This document shows positions 40,607 to 55,171 of a stretch of 64,000 nucleotides of DNA, one piece after another; the stretch's first letter is position 1; every line of letters starts with the position of its first letter. A program made the position numbers and the translations under genes. The stretch is from Eledone cirrhosa (taxonomy: Eukaryota), in the NCBI GenBank assembly GCA_964016885.1, contig OZ024740.1:374790001-374854000 (forward strand), read 5' to 3'. Below the pieces are notes generated by a model. It made no database searches. It was given only the letters and a program-made list of their open reading frames with translations, and was not told the origin of the DNA.

Positions 40607-42179
40607 GTTTAAACTTATCTACTGAACAGGTTTGACTTTGAAATTTAAATATGTATAAACATCATAGCCATTTGGCAGCGCAGCTAGTTTTTGTCGATTT
40701 ATTATTATTATTATTTTAAATCGATGTAGACGAACTGTGGTAAAATAATTAATATTCTTCAGTCTGGCTAACTTTCTTTTGCAATATAAATACAGATATG
40801 TTGGTATCTGTTTCATCATATATATTACTCATATATATTACTTTTATACACGGCTCAGGAATATTTCCTTTCGAGCTAATTCCATTGTAAAAGAATTCCT
40901 TACACTTAATATATATATATATATATATACACACAAACATTATATACATATATATTTATTTATTTATATGCCCTCACTCATTGCGATAATCTTAATTCTA
41001 CATGTTCACCTCTCATATGATGTTGAGGATGTTTAGTGAATGGCTAAGAAATGCGCTTCGCAATCATTCAGCCCCTAGTTCAGTCTCGCGATGCAACATA
41101 TTTTTTTTTATCATAACACTAGATATCAGTGAAAGTTTTTAGACTGTAACTGTGTGTCACTCGTTGCATGTGCTCTAAATCCTCGTCATCAACACCGAAG
41201 CATGATTGATCAGTCGTATGGTTTTAAATGATTTGTACTAATAATTCATATGGTGAAAAGCATAATAATTACTTCCCCACATTTCCTAAACTAAAGAGGA
41301 TGTATGTCAATGTCAATATTCGGTGTTAAAGCCAAGTCAAATGTATTACTTTTTAGACAATATTTCCGTCAAGACGAATACATTGTACTCATAGCATTTA
41401 CAGCAACTCTCCTCCAGATCCGGAAGATAAACGTGGCTCAGTCACTTCCTGAGCAGATTTAAGTTGAGGCAACTCAAAGACAATTAGTTACTGCGAGCTG
41501 ATGACTAGATAAAACAATGACTAAAGAGAGAAGGAGAGAAGATTGTTGGTGAAACTATGACTAGAAATAGGACTAGGACAGGTTGCCATGGAATATACCC
41601 GGAATGCTTATATATTGGTAAAAAAAAAACAGTATAAACAAACACAAGCTCGTATGTGGGGTTTATGCTGGGATGTGCTTCACGGGGGCAGAACTTGATG
41701 CAAATATGTTTAATGAATTTTATAAATGAATCCTGTGATGGTTATATATGTAGTAGCAATATCAACTCGCTGCGTACGTTATATTCTATCGTATGTCTCA
41801 AGTTTTGCTATATTTGGATTATCATTTCTTTATCATTTAATTACAATTATTAGCAATAAGGGATGAATATAGACTGAAATTAATATGTGTTATGCATTCC
41901 TTCTTTATATTGTCTATGACCACGTGCGTGTGTGTGTGTGTGTAAGGGGGGGGGTATATTAGTTACTGACCACTTTGATTAAAAACCATGCATTGGTCTG
42001 AATTTTTGTATTTCTACCCTGCTATCTTTATTCCTACCATCCCCTTCCTTCTTAAAATAATTCCTGGAATTTAGTCATTTATCTTTATACATCTCACGAA
42101 TAATAATTTTGTAGGACAACTTTAAATTGTGCACAATATCCTTTCTTGGTTGTCCATCGTAAACGATGATGACATCTTC

Positions 42180-42275
42180 TTTATTGTTGTTTCCATCTGC
42201 TGTGGGCACAAAGGTAGCTGTGGAGGCCGATCCTTGACTTGCAGGTCCAGAGACAGTGGGGACAAGGGAAGAGAC
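42180..42275 (-). mobile_element. RTE LINE extreme 3' remnant
   Basis: Minus strand PHCLWTCKSRIGLHSYLCAH, matching the RTE terminal zinc-finger-like motif. Confidence 0.6.
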
Positions 42276-44016
42276 CGGAGTCAGACTGGCAACTCCCAGA
42301 GGTTACCTCCACCTCTCGCCCATCGCCGCAGGGCTTTGCAAGTGCACGCTAAAGAAGAAACCTGTGCGGGAAAGGTTTATAGTGGGAGGGCCAGTGCACA
42401 GTGACAGCCCCACTCACTCGGCCACAGGAGCCAGAATCCGGAGTTACGGAGGATCGTCACGACCAGGGACTTCCTTGGCTGCAGTGGATGGCCACAGCGT
42501 CTGTAGTTCCTTGTCGTTCCCTAGCGCTCCACACCGCTTGCTGTCGCCGCCTTTGTGACCGTTGGGACGATGTTGTCCTCCTCCACTCACTCCCTCGGGT
42601 CCAGTCTTCGCATGCAGGGCAGGCATTCCCTATCTAACTCACCAGAAATTTCAGACCCGTCCGGCTGCCCTCAACCTGGTTCGGCCCGCCAGCCAAGGCG
42701 GTTTTCCGAGGTGTGGCCGCTGTCGCACGCTACAGCTTCTTGGGGCCACAGGTGAGAGCCGAGTGTCAAATGGGACCCAATGCAGGACGAGCTGTCCTGA
42801 AAAGGGCATGGCTAGCCCTCCCTACATATGTAAATGCCCCTCCCTGACACCCCAGGCATATACACCCGCATATACATACACATACGTACATGTGTATATA
42901 CATATTTACGCAATTTTGTATGGCTGTCGAATCTTCTGAGTTCTTCCGCCCTTTGTCAGGTTTTGTTTTTTGTACTGCAGTGTGTCCAAAATCACCCTCC
43001 TCCCCAAGTAAACTTTGTGGGGTTGCTAGTTTAGTCACCGACGACCCAACCATACGACAGGTTGTACTAGTTTACATGTTACCAGTAGCACTCAAGAGTG
43101 ACCTGACACTTATGCATAATATACTCTGTTTATATACCGAGTATATAAACATAACATATCTTCAATTACACTTGATAATGGCAACTTCCAATAACCTCAT
43201 ATTCATTCTAAATAGCGTTATTGATAATTGTCCCAAGTACGTATATGAAACCTTTTACGATATAAACATTTATTGAATGATATTTTTTTTCGTATGGATT
43301 ATAATGTTGCCAAAGTTTAAAGAGAAGTGAAAATATATTCTATTGTATAATTATTATATTACTAAGTACTGATTTTACGTATATTTTATTTCTAAACCTC
43401 ACTATGATGCAAATTAAAATTGATACCGATTTGATTTTCTTTAAAGGAAAGTAGACCAAATATTAGACCTGTTCTATATTTAAAAAAAAACGTCTACATA
43501 TCACTACCGGCATTCCAGGTTATTTGTAGCATTGTCACATATTTGAGAATTAATGGACTCATCATATATGTTTATGTGTCATGAAATAACGTAGATGAAC
43601 TATTATTTGCTTTTGCATTTAATTTTGCATAACCATTTGTCCAATATTACCTTAACAACGACCTGCAAATGATTCATCCATACATTCTTTCTCTCAGTAT
43701 TTTCTATACCGTCTGCAATGATCCTTTCCGACCAAACCCACAGGATTAATCTGTTTAATATTTGTTATCCATTTCCGACTTACGGTTTAACAGTTGCCTA
43801 ATTTTTCGAAATCATTCTTTTGTAGATCTGCATATATCTAGTACTGTTATTCAAGTTGTACATCAAATGCAATGTTCTCGTTATTGCGAGAAGTATGACA
43901 TATAACCTATTTAAATGTCACAACATTCATACAATGTTTTCTAATGTTGGTACAAGGGTAGCAATTGGGGAGGGGGTTCAACACCAGTCCTTTACAGTTT
44001 CATTATTTTTAACATA

Positions 44017-44200
44017 TTGGCAGTATCGGTAGAGGGTCAGACGCCATGCTTTGCAGCAAAGAGTTACGGCCCGTTATGGTCTGAGTTCAAATCCCGCCGA
44101 GGTTAACTTTGCCTTTCATCCCTACGGGGTCGATAAAATAAAGTACCAGTAATACACTGTGATAATTGCAGGCCTTGTGCCAAAAGTAGAAACAATTATT
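44017..44200 (+). mobile_element. tRNA-derived SINE copy
   Basis: TTGGCAGTATCGGTAGAGGG...GAGTTCAAATCCCGCCGAGGTTAACTTTGCCTTTCATCC...AGAAACAATTATT. Confidence 0.92.
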
Positions 44201-44999
44201 TTAACGACGCGAATATTTATACACAACACGGCGTAGACGAGAAAATATATGATAAATTTAATTTATTTGTTAATCAAATATGAAAAACATGTCGTTATTT
44301 TCTTTGTTCCCGAAGAAACAGTGATTGCCTACACATGTTTTACGATATCTGGCTGTTTATTAGAAAAAGAAACTATACTACGAGAAATATGGCAAATCAC
44401 TTTTTACATTAAACGCAAAATAGGGCGTATATGGAATGAAAAATATAACAACGAACCATATATGTTGTACATATCTAATCAAAACTTCATCAGGTTAGTC
44501 TTAATCAACCAGGTGTAACTAAGTGCATTCCATCATTGATCAACCGTGAACAAAATTGACAAATGTAAATATGTGTGCATTGAAAAACAAGACTAGCGAC
44601 TGCATATGAAGTGCCTCTGTTAAATGACTCGACAGGCGTAATGAAGGTATTTGGGAGTTACAGTGAACAATCATTTTAAGCAAATAAAATATATTAAACT
44701 CAACAAATTGATATAAAGTATATCTCATGGAGCTCATTTAACATCAAATTCTTTTTTAGATTATTTGTCGCAACTATCATTTAATATTGTGTATTATTTG
44801 TGCATTCAATTCCTCTGAACAAATTCAAATAAAAAGATTACGATATCAAATTATCCACTCACAAGTGGTACAAATAGTTTGTTATCGAATTATTGTTTTC
44901 CTCTGAGCATAGGAAACGGGTTAAAAAAGTAACTATTATATATTTTGCAAATGCTATTACTGGCACAGTCATTTCCACATGAGCTGTAAATTATACCGC

Positions 45000-46040
45000 C
45001 TCTACCTAAATCCGAAACCACAAAATTGAGAGTTAACATCGTGTCAAATGGCTATTGATTGTCAACATCAACTAATCCATTATAGCCCGAATAAAATGTC
45101 TGTAGACATCAGGCAGCTAACAATATGATTTGTGGGAAATAGTTTATTGAGAGATCTTCTCTGGTCGATAGGCCCAAAAACATACATCTAGATAGGTTAC
45201 GCAGCATTACCGCATCAGGTTAACAGATGGAAAGCTGGACGTTTATCACGAGAAAGTCATGCATGACTAATTTGTTATATGGTTTCGAAATGAGAGAAAT
45301 ATAGATAAGCAAAACAGTCTATCCCGAGCAAAGAGGCGGTATACTCGTTCTTGTTTTGAAGAATATGTTTTTGCAATCATCCAGGAATAGGAGATACCAA
45401 CGAATAACATGTTGCACGAAATGATGATGCAGGTAAATCACTTAAGTGAGACGAGGTATAGAATCATGATGAGGTTGTCACCCACATTGTTAGTTTTTCG
45501 AAGATTTCCTCTCAGAACTATTTACCTAAAAGACATATAACGGCCAAAACACTTTACAATGCAATCCGTAGGAAGGAAAATCCTGAAGATGAACATATAA
45601 AAATGTTAAAGAGATCTGGATGGCATACTCACTCATAATTCGAAAGAGCAAGGGTGGAATATCCCAGTCAAATACGATGCGAAGCGTAGACAAAGCAGAC
45701 AGGTTATAATGGCATGGGAGAGAGAAAAAACATGCACAGTTGTGGAAATAAGCTGTCTAACAGATGCTAATGCTGTATTAAAGTTTAATGAAAATTAGAT
45801 ATTCTATGCCAAACTAATCAGAGATCTGCATATACTCCAGTCGGTGTATACATTTAGAATCGTACCCGTGGTCATTGGGACAATTGAATCTGTTACTATC
45901 CTTCTCATTGCAAAGCATGAGAATCTGGGGTTTACAGAACAAGAATGAGCATGGCCGATAGGGAGATTACAAATATAGTCCATTAATAGAACTGTGAAAA
46001 CGTGTAAAAGATTCAATAATATTAACATGTGATAATAGCA
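45000..46040 (+). mobile_element. Highly decayed R4/Dong C-terminal (REL) fragment
   Basis: Colinear similarity to 47300-48300 (TTTGCAAT..CCAGGAA, TGTCACCCA, TACAATGCAATCC, GTGGAA.TAAGCTGTC). Confidence 0.65.
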
Positions 46041-46180
46041 TATGTACGCTTAACGACATATAAAAATTATGCATGTGCACATATGAATAAACTCATACAG
46101 ATCTGCGAATAACATTTAGATACATATATGCCCCCCCCCCCTCCCCTACCCAGATACATAATTCACCCATCCACCCATCC

Positions 46181-46296
46181 ATACATTCATACATACATAC
46201 ATACATACATACATACATGAATACATACATACATACATACATACATACATACATACATACATACATACATACATACATACATACATACATACATAC
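46181..46296. repeat. (CATA)n microsatellite
   Basis: Direct observation. Confidence 0.95.
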
Positions 46297-46297
46297 G

Positions 46298-48300
46298 TAT
46301 AGCCTGATGTATAAGATGTATACAGCCTGCCTGAACCTATTCCTCCAAGATCACTGTGAAAATAATAACATCATCACAGATGAACAAGAAGCTGGAAAGA
46401 AAGGGGTTTGGGGATGTGCTGAACAATCCTAATCAACAAAACTGCGATGTCGGAGGTGCGACAACTTAGGAGGAATATGGCTACAATCTGGCTGGACTAC
46501 GTGAAAGCTTTCGATTCTGTTCCCCACTCTTGGGTGATAGAGGCCCTCCGACATAGTAAAGTCCCAGACATTATTAGCAGAGCCATAGATAAACTGTCCT
46601 CTTCTTGGGCTACTATCCTAAAGATAAGGACAGAGTATGAAGACTCTATTTTCACTGATAAAATAAAGTATCGCAGCGGTATATTTCAGGGAGACAGTCT
46701 CTCATCCTGTCATTAAACCCCTTGTCCTTTCTGCTCAGGAAATGTGAAGGATACATCATTGGCTCACAGGAGGATGGAAATACGAACCTAACTCATAATT
46801 TCTTTGTGGATGATCTGAAATGATATGCTAAGAACATGGAGGGAAGAAGAAAACTCTTGACCTGGTTACAACATTCTCAAAGGATATAGGAATGGAGTTT
46901 GGCCAAGATAAATGCTCATATAAGACTGTAAAGCGGGGAAAAACAACAACCCAATCTAGCAACATTTGTATCAATGGCCTAACTGTTTCACCAATATCTG
47001 ATGAGGACTGCTACAGATAACTGGGGATAGATGAGAACATATCCTATAATGGTATCTGTAATAAGGAACGCGTAACCAGGGAATACTACACCCGATTAAG
47101 AAAGATATGGTCAATGGAACTCTCTGCGTAAAACAAAACAGTAGCTCACAATGTGTTTGCTGTGCCTGTCCTAACACCAACTTTTGGAATACTTAATTGG
47201 ACGATAGACGAAATCCGAATGATTGATGTTAGAACTCGAAATATACTAAACAACACCGGAGTCTTCCACATCAACAGTGATATAAACCGCCTTTACTTGA
47301 AACGTAAGCAGTGAAGCAGAGGCCTAACATCAGTTCAGACCTCATTTGAATGTTGCATCATATCGCTCCGACATCTATGAACCTCAAACGTAGGAGCCTC
47401 TCTCCCGAGCAGGTTTATCTGCATGAAACAGATAAGATCATGAGAGTTGGGAAGTTATTCCTCGAGAGGTATTCCTTGTGTGATAATCAAAACTCACACC
47501 CAGGGAAGTCGCTCAGCAGTATCGCAGTGAATCCATGGATGAAAAACTGCATGCTTATTAGCCCCCCAAAAATGCAAGGATATGTTGCCAGAAAGCTCCA
47601 GAGTGAGAGTAGTATAGATAAAGAAAGTAGTCTATCTTCGACCAACAACCGCTATATTGACTCCCACTATGAAGAATACGCTTTTGCAATCCAAGAACAG
47701 GAAATCAACACGAAATTCCTAATTCACAAAAGAGAGAGGGATGCAGGCAAAACACCTAGATGTGATAACAAGTGCAGACTCTGCAGAATAAAGATGGAAG
47801 ATGTCACCCATGTCATAAGCAGTTGTCCAAATATGTCATCGCGGTACTATCTTCCTATGAGTCATGATGTAGTGGCCAAAACATTGTACAATGCAATCCA
47901 TAGAAAATATAGCCCCGATAATAAACGCATTAAAATCTACAGCAATGTGGAAGACATCCATATACATAATATGACAGAGTACTGGTGGAATGTTCCAGTA
48001 AAAACCCCAATAAAATGCAGGCATAACAGACCAGATATAATGGTATGGAACAGAGAAGAGAAGGCATGCACGGGAGTGGAAGTTAGCTGTCCAGCAGATG
48101 CAAATATAATATCAAAGATTATGCAGAACTAATGAGAAATATACAGATACTCCACCAAGATTATTCCTTCAGATTTATGCCTGTGACTATTGGGGCACTG
48201 CGATATGTTAGTAACTGCCTCAATACATATCTTGAGAAGCTGGGCTTCACAGGAACAGAAAGAACACCACTAGTTCGAAAATTACAAGTACAAATTTGTC
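46298..48300 (+). mobile_element. R4/Dong-type LINE (RT + CCHC + REL), decayed
   Basis: [39 protein letters not shown]...EDVTHVISSC, HNRPDI, VEVSCP, MPVTIGAL. Confidence 0.9.
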
Positions 48301-48672
48301 GAAATTATAGTAAAAATATGATAAAAAATGTTGCATCTAATAACTGCATATACACATCTACAGATACTAATTATATACACATGCAAACATACAACACAAA
48401 GCATCCACATCCACGCATACAATAACATCCATATCTACACATGCAGTCATGTATATATATATATCTAGTTGATTTGTAAATTCCAATGAGAGAGTCTTGA
48501 GTCTATGTGAGAAACCGACTCTCTCTCTCTTGCCATAAATTTGTGAAATTATAAAACCAGTGTAACATACATACATACATACATGATGGCTGGACCCTCG
48601 TTATCGAGTATGGTCATTTCAAGAGGAGAAAAAAAAATTAATAACTAATTAAAAAGTAAAATTAAAAAAAAA

Positions 48673-48731
<59 letters not shown>

Positions 48732-49119
48732 GGAGGTGAGTTTTATTGTAGTACAATAAAGCAATGCAGATATCGGATAAGAAGCACTCTACAGTTTGTA
48801 GGACTGGAGTATACATAATATATAAGACCAAAAGATGAATGCGCATAATAAAATACATGGAACACTTTTAACAATCTTTTGTTCTTATATATTATATATA
48901 TATATATGTGTGTATATATATATATATACATACATATACACATATACACACACATATATATACACACACACATATACATTAATAACAACAATAATAATAA
49001 TAATAACAACAATAATAATAACGACAGCAACAATAAAAATAGGCATATACATATATATATACACATACACGCACACATAAACATATATATACACACGCAC
49101 ACACACACGATAGCAACTA

Positions 49120-51400
49120 ACAGCGCTGCGATCGAATGTGGCTTTTTAGCCCAGCCTATGATCTAAAATGTCTTGCACAGAGTCGGCAACCAAAACATTC
49201 ACTGGGAATAGTCGGCTGTGGTTGGAGTTCATGTACTTTTGAATGTCGCTTGAGCCCTCCTGCTGATGTACATTCTCTACCACGTGTTTGGCAAGCATGA
49301 TGAGTAGCATCTCCAACAGCAGCCTGGTAGTCAACCACTGGTCTTACTTTATGACTGCGAAGATGACTTTCGAGTCCAGCTTTGCTTAGGCAGTGTCTCG
49401 CACATACGCTCGATGTCAGCACCATAGGAGGACCCTCGCCCTCTGGAAGTGCAACAGCAATGCCCTTCCTCACATCCCGCTTTACTTTCTCGTATGCGAT
49501 TCGAGATGCATCAAAGGCAACTTTTCCCTCATATACAGTCTTTCTCCATTTATTACGATCAGCAGCAATATTTTCCCATGTATCAGCAGAGATGTTATCG
49601 CCTTTCAATGAGGCTTTCAAGGAATCCTTATACCTCTTTTTTGGTTTATGTGGCGGTCGTTTTCCTTTAACCAACTCTCCATAAAAGAGTTGTTTTGTTA
49701 TTCTAGAATCCTTCATCCTGGCAAGGTGACGACTCCAACGGAGTCGTTGCTTAAGCACAAGAGCTTCTATACTGTTACACATACAGCTTTCCAAAATCTC
49801 GCCATCACTGATGTGGTCCCTCTAGTGAACGCCATGGATCCGTCTGAGACACATCTGCTGGAAAAGCTCCAATTTCTTAAGGTGGTGTCGATATGTGACC
49901 CAGGTCTCGCAGGCATAAAGAAAACAATTGAGCACACATGCCTTGTACACCTTTACATTTGTCCTCCTGCATATGTCTCGCCGACGCCAGAGTCGCCTTT
50001 CTAGCTTTCCGAAAGCATCACTTGCTTTCCTAATCCTAAGTGAGATTTCACTGTCAAGGTCGCCGTATCGATTAACAGTGCTTCCCTGGTATACAAACTG
50101 ACCAACCACTCCAAGATGTTTACCTTACACATAGATATTTGGTTCAGTGTACTGCTTACCAGGGGCAGGTTGGTACATTACGACGGTTTTCTTGAGACTG
50201 ACAGTCAATCCTAGGGCAGTGCAAGCGTCAGAAAATGCATTCAAAATGTGCTGCATATCACTCTCTGTGTGCGCTACAAGATCGCAATCATCTGCATACA
50301 AGAGGTCCCTTATGATTGATGTAAATACTTTTGTCTTTGCAGCAAAGCGCCTGATGTTGAATATGCTACCTGAGGTTCGATATCGGATTTAAACACCATG
50401 CTCGCATTCCTGAATGCAATACAGAAAACCATTGCAAAGTATATGGCAAACAGGGTCGGTGGTGGAATATCCCCCTGTTCCACTCCATTTTTTACTGAGA
50501 TAGACTCCGTCATGTTACCTCCGACATTAACCCAAGCCTTCATGTTATCATGGAAAGACCTTATTAAAGCAAGGAACTTATCAGGGCAACCAAGTTTCTG
50601 GAGAACCTTCCATAATGCAACTCTGTTAACAGTATCGAAAGCTTTTGTCAGATCGACAAAAACCTGATACAGATGCAAGCCTTGTTCCATGCATTTATCC
50701 TGGAGCTGTCTAGCTGAGAAGATCATATCAGTAATGCCGCGTCCAGCACGAAAACCAGATTGACTTTCAGGAAGAACACAATCTGCAATATGTGTCAGCA
50801 GACGGTCCAGAAGCACCCTACATAAAACTTTCCCTACGACAGAAAGCAATGATATACCTCTGTAGTTCCCACAATCATTCCTGTTACCCTTTCCCTTGCA
50901 CAAGACCACCATTACTGCATCTCTCCAGTCCTCAGATACGGATTCCTTAGCCCATATCCTGCCAAACAGAGAGAGAAGATGTTGCAGGAGTCTCCCACCA
51001 CCATATTGTAGGAGCTCAGCATGTATGCCATCTATATCTGGAGATCTTCCACTGTTCAGCTTCGAAATAGCCACTGCAACCTCCACAAGCGTCGGACGTT
51101 CTGCGAGAGGTACTTTCACAGGACTTTCTGGAATGAGATTGAGGAAATCTTCACTGACGACATACTGCTGATTCAAAAGATCATCAACGTGCTCTCACCA
51201 CATTCGTAGAATTCCTTGTGAGTCACGAAGAAGTTATTTGCCATCGTTGCTGCGAAGCGGTGTCACCAGAGAAGAAGACGGTCCATAAACCTCACGCAAG
51301 AGACTGTACAGCAGCTTTGTGTTATTGGAATCTGACGCAGTTTGTATCTCACCAGCCTTCTCACTCCACCACTGATCCTTCATCTGAGAAAGACTCCGCC
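49120..51400 (-). mobile_element. RTE-clade LINE (RT + C-terminal zinc fingers), decayed
   Basis: NYRGISLLSVVGK, LPESQSGFR, FVDLTKAFDTV, GVEQGD, LYADD, FVYQGS, YACETW, QRLRWSRH, QLFYGEL. Confidence 0.93.
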
Positions 51401-53199
51401 TAACACGTGATTATACATACATACATATATACATACATACATATATACATACACACGCTTTAATGAATACGATCTCCAGTATTAATGTCACATAAATGGG
51501 TGTTTCTTAAAATCTCATTCATTGAAAAAGTATTTTATACAATATCAAAACGCTGTTTGTCACAAATCTAAATTTAACATAATGAGATTTACTTCATATG
51601 TCATGATTAATAGAAACTACAGCTACATCAACCACATGAGGAACGAGCAACAAAAAAGGCGCTAAATGAATATATTGATATAAGCAAAATCTGGTTAATT
51701 ACGGAAGCATATTTATATTATAACTTACATTTGTTTAGTTAATAACACTCTATTGACTGATGCAGTTGCTATGCAATCTGGAATACATTCTTGATTTTGA
51801 ATATATGAATATAATGGAATATACTGGCGGGAACAAAATTAGGAACAGATTTAATTCACAGCCAAACTGTTGCGACAAAAGAAGCATTTGTTGTACATTA
51901 GAGGAAAGCGCCTAGTGTAATTATATTCCCCAAAATGAGAACTGTATACAAATACCTTTACATGAATTCCATATCCCGGCAATTACAACAAAATTGAATA
52001 TCGTGACTATGATTGGTAACAGCAAGCCTCTAGCAGTGGTAGTCACAATGTGAACTCACAGTATGCCTGAACGTGGACACGTAATTATCGATGATCATAG
52101 CACAAACCACAATAAATATGCGCGGCGTGAGCGAGAAGAGCAAATATTATAAAGCATTGAACAATTTTCTGAACTAAATGTTTCAAGAGAAAATTGATTA
52201 TTACCGGCTACTACACAACTATGGCTGCTGGAGAGGTCTTATTTAATTACTACTGATATCAGACCGAGAGAACTGATGATGGCAGTGATTAACGATATCA
52301 GAAGGGAATATATTCAAAAAAGTAATGAGCCATTCAAACAACATATCTAACATACGTGAAAAATAAGCATACTCAAAGTAATTCAAAACACAGCATAACG
52401 AATCTGTATCACAGAAGAAAATGATTTGATCTACAACAGATCATCAACTACATGTCGACACCTATATACTGTCAACAAAGAAAAAGCGGCAACGCTCGCT
52501 AGTATACTTTAAAAATAGACTACAAACATTTAGAGATATCAAGAAGACTTAAATATACATTAATCAGACCCAAACACGATTTCCACCCGCTAAGTGATAA
52601 AGTACGACTAACGAAAAGGAAGAATAATTAGACTGAAGAAATTTGGTTGAAATCAAGAAGCAGGTGTTATTTAGATGAAGTGATGTAAATAGAATTACGG
52701 AGCTTCTGCTTGTTTGAGAAACAACTGGAGTGATAAAAGGGAGATTAACTCTTTATCTGTCATTACACTGCAGACGTATAGAATAAAAGGATTTATATAT
52801 AGATAGCGTAAATAAAAGCCTTCCAAATTTTAAAGAACATGGTATCAGTACTATTGGGACTAATACTGCAACATATGTTAATAGGCGATAACTAATTAAT
52901 GTTTACTCTCTACGTTGTTCGGGAGAGAACGCACACGTATCTAATTGTTTATGAATATGTGAGATAGCATATGTCGTGTACGTGTTGGTAGGTGGCTACT
53001 GCTGTTCTTAGACAGTGTTGTGCAGCCTTTATTCAGTTTCTCGTATTCGACTTGATTATATGGTCTTTACAGCACTGACTACCATGGTCGCTAAACAATA
53101 TTACTGTTTCACCTTCTCTTTGGATTCGATACGTCATAATCCAGCGGCCTCAACAGAAATCGACTCAACAATTGATCTTCACGTGGGTCTGTCGTTCAA

Positions 53200-54420
53200 T
53201 GTCGTTGCCATGTCCTGAATTTCAATACCCGAATCTCTGGAGATGACATCCGGATAAGAGAGCTTGCACCCCCTATTATTCGTGACTGTTTGTAGTTTCC
53301 AACAAATATATTCTACTAATACAGTATATCCCTATCGTTATCCAGTTTGCAGAGCAGATTGAACATGAATCGGGATTAGGATTTTCAAACATTTTATTGA
53401 GATTCAATTTCTGCGTATACAATACCGACCATTTTACATGCAGTATGACTTGCTACTTAATGTCCCTAAACTGCTATGTATGTGTACGGTGGAAGGAGTG
53501 GCTGTAATTTACCAGAAGCATTATGTGTGATGTAGAAAGTAGGCTACGAAAATGTTCGGTATTCGGTGGCCGCTAGTTCAATACAGTGCATGGAATGCTT
53601 GACTCGTTCATTTTGGGTTAATTTTGGATACGTGTGAGTTAATTACTTATATAACGGTGTTAACACCAACATGGAAAGGTCAATTCATAATGAACAAACT
53701 GGTCTTCTGTTATACTTAATTTCAAGTAGCGTGGGCTCAGGGATCCAATGCAATCCTCATGTTCTACGTTGAACCGTAAGGTTTCGTTCATATTTTCGTC
53801 TATGTTGACGGCCTCTACATGGGAGCACGTGAGGATAAGTATATCATCTCTGTACTTGGATTTGAAAGGAAGGTAACGGCGTGTGTTGAGAGCTCGAAGG
53901 TTTCGCTTCTCCATGTAGAGATTCCTAAAATTATAGAAGACAACGGATACCCTAACCCATCGTGAGTTGCATTAGGGGCCCAAAATCCTAGAGACATAAG
54001 ACTAGCTTCAACACTGCTTTCGAAAGTTACCGCGCTTCAGTTAAAGAATAACCACGGCTAAAAAAGTGGCCCAGAGAAGACAATAACCAGTGCATACTGT
54101 TAAAATGCTCCATTCGAAAAAAAACAGAAAAGATATGAGCTAGCGGGGATGCGTAATATGTTTTATTCAAAGCGATAACATTTGATTTAAGTAGTACCAT
54201 TAGGCTGCTTTCCATCCATATTAGAGAACATCTCAGCACACATCTGTCCTCATTTAAGAAACACATTGGCGAATTCAAATTCAATACCAGAATTAAAACC
54301 ATTATTATTGAAGCAGCAATAGAAATAAAGGCAAAATTAGAATCAATGATTAAATATTAATAGCTAAGCTTAACACAAAGAAACAAAAAACAATAGACAG
54401 ACCTCAGCACACGGTATTTA
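53200..54420 (-). mobile_element. Highly decayed PLE RT remnant
   Basis: Minus strand DGLGYPLSSI and KYRDDILIL...LRFNVEHE (motif B/C-like). Confidence 0.5.
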
Positions 54421-54948
54421 TTATGAATTGCGCACACTTAACTTTTGACATAGAAATTCACACACACACGAACAATAGCCAAATTAAAAAGACCATAACA
54501 ACTAGACATAGAATATTTGACATACACACGCAATAACACACCACCCAAACGTATAATTGATTCTAGAATTGCTAAGAGAATGTTCGTTCGAAATACATAT
54601 TTAGTGGACACATTAGATCCATAGAAATCTTCTTCGAGTACGGCAAGTGGCTGTACATATATTGCGTGTTTATGCATACATATAGATTTGAGAATATTAT
54701 GTATCCTCAGCTGTTCCAGGCAGTAGCTAACAAGCAGAATACACAAACTTAACAAGGAGCAAGACATTTCAAAAACAATTAATTGTAAATTCCCGGTTGT
54801 TTTCTGTCGTCTCTACCACGAGGCGTTTTAAGAGGATGTTTACTTGTAAACTATCCGGATATTAATAATATGATATTGTTATGATATTATTATTCACTCA
54901 CAAATAGACATATATATATATGCATTCAAATAAACACATATACATACA

Positions 54949-54984
<36 letters not shown>

Positions 54985-54986
54985 AT

Positions 54987-55171
54987 TGTTTCCACTTTTG
55001 GCACAAGGCCAGCAATTACCCAGTACATTACTGGTACTTTATTTTATCGACCCCTTAAGGATGAAAGGCAAAGTTAACCTCGGCGGGATTTGAACACAAA
55101 CCGTAAAGGGAAGTAACTATGCTGGAAAGCATGGCGTCCTACTCTCTACTGATACTGCCAATCCACCGCCC
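54987..55171 (-). mobile_element. Full-length tRNA-derived SINE
   Basis: Starts GGGCGGTGGATTGGCAGTATC on the minus strand. Flanked on both sides by TATATATATATAATAAT (likely TSD). Confidence 0.92.

Larger units (their letters stand above)
39614..40913. repeat. 534-nt unit as 1.33 forward copies plus 1.11 inverted copies (retrozyme/viroid-like multimer)
   Basis: TATAAAAGTAAT at 39614 and 40148; GTGCTGCCA at 39781 and 40315; inverted CAGGAATATTTCC at 40322 and 40856. All offsets are 534. Flanked by (TA)n. Confidence 0.92.

Noticed and set aside
41030-41250. Possible old copy of a second SINE family (also 36680-36720)
   Set aside because: Too diverged to support beyond a partial B-box-like match.
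42280-43060. GC-rich block as an LTR retrotransposon or gene
   Set aside because: No paired LTR and no convincing gag/pol motif; left unassigned.
44017-44100. tRNA-like A/B boxes as a tRNA gene
   Set aside because: No cloverleaf. It is the head of a multicopy SINE with TSDs.
51900-52900. A-rich stretch resembling a decayed LINE ORF2
   Set aside because: No diagnostic motif could be recovered by eye.
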